Assembly (NCBI GenBank): GCA_029953675.1
Contig: JAMWBK010000001.1
Span: 868,001 to 932,000, forward strand
From: Rhodosorus marinus CCMP1338
Lineage: Eukaryota > Plantae > Rhodophyta
Reading direction: 5' to 3'
Length of the DNA: 64,000 nt
This document shows, piece after piece, positions 58,294 to 64,000 of this stretch. The stretch's first letter is position 1; each line of letters starts with the position of its first letter. Below the pieces are notes generated by a model, which searched no databases, was not told the origin of the DNA, and was given only the letters and a program-made list of their open reading frames with translations. The position numbers and the translations under genes are program-made.

Positions 58294-60268
58294 TCAAGCT
58301 TTCACAAGGACATCAAACACTCCGCGAATCCTAGAATCCTTAGGGAAACCTTCAACAAGAGTCGCTTGCAAGGACCCCGCCCCCAAACTCAGTCTTCTCA
58401 ACGGTTCTCGGCCTTGCAAACTGTAATAACGGTGAGTTGTGAGCGGGGAACTTATGAGCCAGTGTAGATCAGAAGAAGTTTCGCCAATATCGAAAAGCAA
58501 GGTCTCTATTAGCCTACTCTCATAGTTTGTACACCCCTGTTGGACGCCATCCTTAATTCTGTTGCTTATGATCAGATCCTGTGCTTTCTTGCACATATGT
58601 CTACTTCTCATTGGATATATCTTCCGCGACAAGGACAACTTATCTCCTACCGGTTGAAATTGGGTCTGTAAGGCTGCACGCAAACAATCGACAGGTGTGA
58701 ATTCGGAGCAGTAGTTCTGCCTTAGGGCTTCCACAGCAGACACACCCCGCAACCCTTGCGCGCGAGATCGGATCAATCCGGTGCATATCTCGGAAATCAC
58801 CTGCTGGTGTCTGAGGAGAGGCTTTTGCTCTTGGGAGGAACAAATCAGTTCATCACTAGGCAAAAAAGAGTGGAGGACTTAAAGCGCACGGAAGGGACCA
58901 GACTTAAGACATGACTGCTGTCTCATCCGCTTCCTTGCACAAACCTCTTCACGGCTACGGAGCTGGCATCTATATCGTTATGGCGCAGTGTTCAAACCAG
59001 CCCCCAAGCCATAGGATTATATTTTAAAAATACTTTTGAACAACTTATATTGTTTATTCTATATAAAATATCGATACAACGGCAGGACTCTCTTTTGGGT
59101 GAGCTCGTGGAAGTATTCTTAGCCGCAGAGCGTAGACCACACTAGATCATCAGCGCTTCCAGAACTAAGAGCAGGAATGACAAGTACACCTAATGGTTCC
59201 AAAGATCAAGCCAGTGTCATAGCATTCTTGAGGATTGAACACGTAGGGCTGGTACTTTCACACCCAAGAGCACCTCCTCAAAGCTTGTGCAAAAGAATGT
59301 GAGAGCGCTTTGCTCGTGGGCCTTATGGACCGAAATGAGATACTCGCCCTTTCGTATCCCTTTCGTATGCTATCTTTTGTCGTCCATGTTCAGAATCCTC
59401 ATAATGATTCCATATTGTCTCGGAGCGTGCCTGAAAATGATTGGCCGCGTCCTCTATAAGAGCTTGAAAGGATTTTGGACACATCCACACATCCGCGATG
59501 AAATGTTCCTCTCAAGATGAAGATTTCCACCGTTCTTCATCTATCTGTAATCTCATTCTGTCCGAACGAGCCCAGGATCAGCGCGAGCCGAGGATTATAT
59601 CGCTTCAGCTGTTTTCTCCGCTTAGCAACGAAATCGTTGCGGCCAGCCTATAGATCCAGGGGTACAGAGCTTCAGGCTTTGAGATGAACATTCTCTGGCT
59701 TGTCTGTGAAATTTCAAAATCCTACCTTCGCCTTCTTCACCAGATCTTTGAGCAGGGAGTTTTTCGAGTCTGTGCTTTGCATTCGGATTTTTTCGACAAG
59801 CTCATCTCCGACGGGTTCAGATTTCAAAGCTTGCCACTTCTCCGCAGGAGGTAGTGACGAGAGCTTTGGAAGAACCGATTGAGACGCGTCAGTTCCATTG
59901 ATTGCAACACGCCTAGACTTCTCCTCGTGGGTGTTCGAATCCAGAATAGTGCTCCTAGGTGATGGATGATGTGGATCGTTTAGTCTCTAAAACACGTCCA
60001 CGTGTGAGGCTTTGGAGGGACAAGATAACCTCAAACGTGCATAAAATCCAATACTCTCTCCCTCTTCCTCTTCGTTCGCGTCTGCTGACTCAGTCTTCGA
60101 TGGTTTACCTCCGTCTTTCCCGGACTCTGAATTCCCCCTTTCGGCAAGCCGGAGCGCGTGACGTTTCGCGAACCTCAGCTCGCTGAACTCAGACTGATCA
60201 TCCTCGCACAAAAATCTGCCGCTCCCAAGGTCCCGGATCCCAAGACTCTCTAATCCTTCTGCAGACAT
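58294..60268 (-). CDS. Hypothetical spliced protein(s)
   Basis: ORFs 59987-60268 and 58294-58863, with intervening GT-AG-bounded open segments. No family recognised; may be two genes. Confidence 0.3.
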
Positions 60269-62816
60269 CTCGATCCGACCAAAGCGTCAACAATCATGCA
60301 TACAAACACTTAGCAACAGTCACACGTCCATTTTCAACCCAAACCAAAGCTCACAGGTACGCTCACAACTATCTATGGATGGCGGATCCCATTCTCCAAA
60401 AAGCTGATCACCTTCAAAACGCCGCTGACCACAATTCAACCCAAGACACGAAACAGGAAACACAGAAACAGGCGGAAAAAAAACGTAAATCAATTGAACA
60501 AATACCAACGAGTTCCTGGTTAGATTATCTTTACTGCAAGTAGCGAATGCCAAAAGAAAACAAGACAAAAAGGAAGAAAACTAGAAATCTTTCGCAAAAG
60601 TCTTGCAGTGACACTTCCTTTCCCTGCCGAATAGACCCCCCCGCCTCCCACCCGCCTTGCAGCTTTCTGGAGAGAGTCATCATGAACTACCTACTCAAAA
60701 AAATCGTGAGCAAAACCCGTCCCAACTTGAATATCATTCAAATTCATGATTCAAAAATAACGCCGAAATACGTTCATATAGTTTTCTATAATCTATACGA
60801 TGAATAGCTATCAAAAAAAAATGTGAACGGGAAATATTGTAATGTCGAAATGATACTCGTACTGTTTTGACGTTATGTATTGACTGATGCGGATTTATTT
60901 GATTGAACTCTGGATTCAAGGGAGGGAGGTTTGCATTGGAGCGCTTGGGGAGGGAGACTAATGAAGAGGTACATTCATAGGGAGGTGCCGGTGAAAACCG
61001 GAGGCTCAGCATCACCCAGAAGAAGAATACTGGAAGAGTGTACGAATCCTCCTTGGTGACGCGCTATTGAAGTGTCCGAGGAGGAGTAGTAGGGCTTTCC
61101 AGGCTGCATCTTTTATCCTGAAAATTCTGATCCATTGCAAATCCAAATCCTGGGTTAGCGCGGTGCAGCTTTCCTTCACAATGTACTGTATTCATGTTTG
61201 GCCGAAATGTATCCGACTTTGGATACCAGACTCACTTCCTCAGTATTGCGTCTTGAACGCAATAGTTTCCGAATACCATGCCAGCGGCCTCACTCAAGGC
61301 GATTCCCTTCCCATCCGCGCACAATACCAAAACCCCGACAAACCCCGGAGACGAGCGGAACTCCCAACAGCCGCACTGATAGCATATCAGTACTAGCCCT
61401 CGGCCGCGACGTTAATTGCGTGGTTTCTGCATCGGTCGTGGAGGACACCTATCTCGCTCTGCCGGCAGCCATCTATAGGAGCAATGCGAACCGTGTACGC
61501 TGAAGCAAAGCATGCCTGAGGTAGCACCTGGGAAATATGCTTCAACTGCGTCACGGGAGAACAGTTTCGACAACAATCAGTCCTCAACGTAGTCGTTGCA
61601 ACTAGTGCAAATCCCTCATTTTCTTTGCGTGCGGATAGACTGTCCAGTGGGCGGATGAATTGAGCGGGTTGAACTGGAGCGTATCGTGAAGAATCGACCC
61701 CCCTCTGATCCTATTGAGGATCATCAACAAAAAACTCTGCGAAATTTGTAAGATGTTCGATACCGCATCTATCTTGCAAATGCCTGAAGTGTACACCAGC
61801 GTCAGCACATGATTGAGGTCGACCTACCCCCCAAAAAGCAACCCACCAGACGCGTCGCATACCCTACCACGCCCAACCGATAAAGTCAGCTAGTATCAGG
61901 CTCCGTTGCGGATACATCTGGATGACACGGCTACCAGTGTCAGCAGCACCCGACCAGGTCGGATCAACATTTCAATCCATCGCTTGCTCACTACCCATCA
62001 TGAACACGTTAGAAAAAAAAACAAAAAAAAACCAGAAACCTTAGGGTTAACAGCATCCTCAATTTCACCATTGAGAACTTCAGTTACACTTATTGCACCC
62101 AATCGCCCTTGTCCACTGTCAGCATCCTTGGCTTGCCTAATCCGCAAGAGATCCAGTTCATATTTTTCAAAATAAACCAACAATATCACGTGGCATGAAA
62201 CAACTTGCTTAACACCATATATGACAGTACAACATCAATTTTATTGTCATTATCGATATAAATATATTTTATATTCCATAGATTGAGGTACAAAGGAAAT
62301 TTAAGTGTCATATTGCTCGCAGAGCTCGCGTAGAAAATGAGGTGCTTGCTTCCTTTTTTCAAAGATGATTCTAGAACTATCATTACAATCAGCACATAGC
62401 ACGTGTCTGAATAGATTAGATTAGCCAAAGAAAGGAGAACCTAAAATAAATCGACCAAGAAGAAATCAATATCGACGATGGATGAGCCAATGATTTATCG
62501 TATTTTCGATTCAAATCCAATGAATTTATGTTATGTTGTGATATCCGTTTTTTGTTTTGTTTTTTGGGAGTATAGTCATCATTTTGGCGTCATACGTCCA
62601 ATGTTACTTTTTCCGAGGCGTGATTCATGTTTTTTGAATTGTTTTTTAAGCGTGTGAGGGCAATGTTACTTTGGGCCAAAAAAAGGCACGTGGCGTCGTG
62701 CCGTAGCATGGCATATGTCAATGGGACATGACGGATAACGAGAGCGCAGCTGCTCGTGGGAGAGCTTATATAAGGGTTTGAGGAAGGAAGTGAGATTTGG
62801 GAAAGGTTGGGGCGCG

Positions 62817-63416
62817 ATGGGAAGAACGTTGAGCATAGAAAGTCGTTCTAGGAGTAGATTTGAAGTTTTGAGGAGCGTTTCAGTATCTGCTTTATTTTTT
62901 TTGGTTGTGTGTGCGGGGTTGATGTCTTGGAGAGTGAAGAATTGGTTTGCGAAGGCACCGAATACGGTCAGAGATATGGGAAAGTTTGAGTTGGAGAGGA
63001 CGGAGGCGGAGTGGAAGAAGACCCTCACTGATGAACAGTACTATGTGCTGAGGCAGAAGGGGACGGAGAGAGCCGGAACTGGGAAACTTGACAAGTTCTA
63101 CCCTTCGGAGGGATATTTTAAATGCGCAGCGTGCGAGAACCCGATTTATTCAGCGCAGTCCAAGTTCGACTCCGGCTGTGGTTGGCCAGCATTTGACAAG
63201 CACTACGACGGGTCAATCAAGACCGTGATTGACAACAGCTGGGGAATGAGGAGAATCGAGATCATGTGCTCGAAATGCGGTGGCCACTTGGGTCACGTGT
63301 TCGAGGGTGAAAGGCTGACGAACACAAATGAACGTCATTGCGTGAACTCCATCTCCCTGAAGTACGACAAGGGGAGTGGAACTGACGATCTGAAGGAGAA
63401 GCCTCTCATGAAGTAA
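62817..63416 (+). CDS. msrB: Peptide methionine-R-sulfoxide reductase with N-terminal hydrophobic segment
   Basis: YVLRQKGTER, CAAC, KFDSGCGWPAF, EIMCSKCGGHLGHVF, RHCVNSISL. Confidence 0.96.
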   Translation: MGRTLSIESRSRSRFEVLRSVSVSALFFLVVCAGLMSWRVKNWFAKAPNTVRDMGKFELERTEAEWKKTLTDEQYYVLRQKGTERAGTGKLDKFYPSEGYFKCAACENPIYSAQSKFDSGCGWPAFDKHYDGSIKTVIDNSWGMRRIEIMCSKCGGHLGHVFEGERLTNTNERHCVNSISLKYDKGSGTDDLKEKPLMK

Positions 63417-63573
63417 ACTCGACTAAAAGTGTTTTATTCGCATACCTAAAGTTCATCAACATGTCTAAATTAAACAAAGGAATACTTTTGGGAAATCACG
63501 ATTCACACCCTGAAGCGCAGGTGAATGGTCGAGAAACTCTTAGCAGTCCTTTTTGGGGCAGCGGACAGGTCCT

Positions 63574-64000
63574 TCAGTCCTCTGTAACAGAAGGCTTCGG
63601 CTGTCTTATCATCACAAACTGTTTGTACAACACTCCGCGAACGCTAAGTATTCTTTCCTTCAATATCTGAAATCCAAGTGACTCGAAGAATGGTCTCGCT
63701 GTAATACTCGCATGCACCGTCAGTGGTCGCATCGGAAATACCTTTTCCGCACACTCCAGAGCATGTTCGAACAGAATCCTACCAATCCCCTCCCTCTGGT
63801 GCTCATGGTGAACGTACATCATATCCAGATGACTACCTCCGACTACACTCATGAAACCTACTACCTGCAAAGGTTCACATTACGTTGAGAAATTCCCGAT
63901 TGCGCGCACACAAAAGCGAAGCAGCGCATTCTTGGCCTACCTTTTGGCCTCTCTCCGCAACCAACGCCAGCCACGACCTTGCCAACCGCCGATTCATCCG
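63574..64000 (-). CDS. GNAT family N-acetyltransferase (YafP-like), 5'-truncated by the window edge
   Basis: VVGF..HLDMMYVHHEHQREGIGRILF..VHASITARPFFESLGF. Likely intron at about 63868-63940. Confidence 0.8.

Noticed and set aside
1-64000. tRNA, rRNA, snRNA or SL-RNA targets for the RLE elements
   Set aside because: I recognised none by eye. A covariance-model search is needed to exclude them.

Overview
Eukaryotic nuclear DNA, probably from a compact-genome alga and most likely a red alga. This is an inference from the gene density, the roughly 60-140 nt GT-AG introns with CTAAC-like branch points, the transit-peptide-like N-termini and the Golgi-type sulfotransferases. The window has three parts. 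(1) 1-6.3 kb: a divergent pair of intronless carbohydrate-sulfotransferase-like genes, a retroelement 3' remnant and a 12-bp minisatellite. (2) About 6.4-32.5 kb: an island with no recognisable host gene, made almost entirely of nested non-LTR retrotransposons of the restriction-like-endonuclease (RLE), CRE-like type. It holds one near full-length 3.8-kb family A copy (8622-12392, with stops and frameshifts), about 28 family A 3' termini counted by eye, and two other families (B, C). (3) 35-64 kb: gene-dense housekeeping DNA (KH/STAR protein, Rav1/DMXL, DJ-1, RPB6, EamA transporter, a helical-repeat protein, SUN protein, MsrB, GNAT). The most unusual signal is in the junctions of the island. 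Family A inserts into itself and into family B mostly in antiparallel orientation (17 vs 4 classifiable junctions). It reuses the same few internal sites, leaves 3' stubs of only 16-190 nt (several with target-site duplications), and shows reiterated target-plus-tail units and fold-back hairpins. All counts and alignments were done by eye. Several patches look unpolished, so some frameshifts may be sequencing errors.
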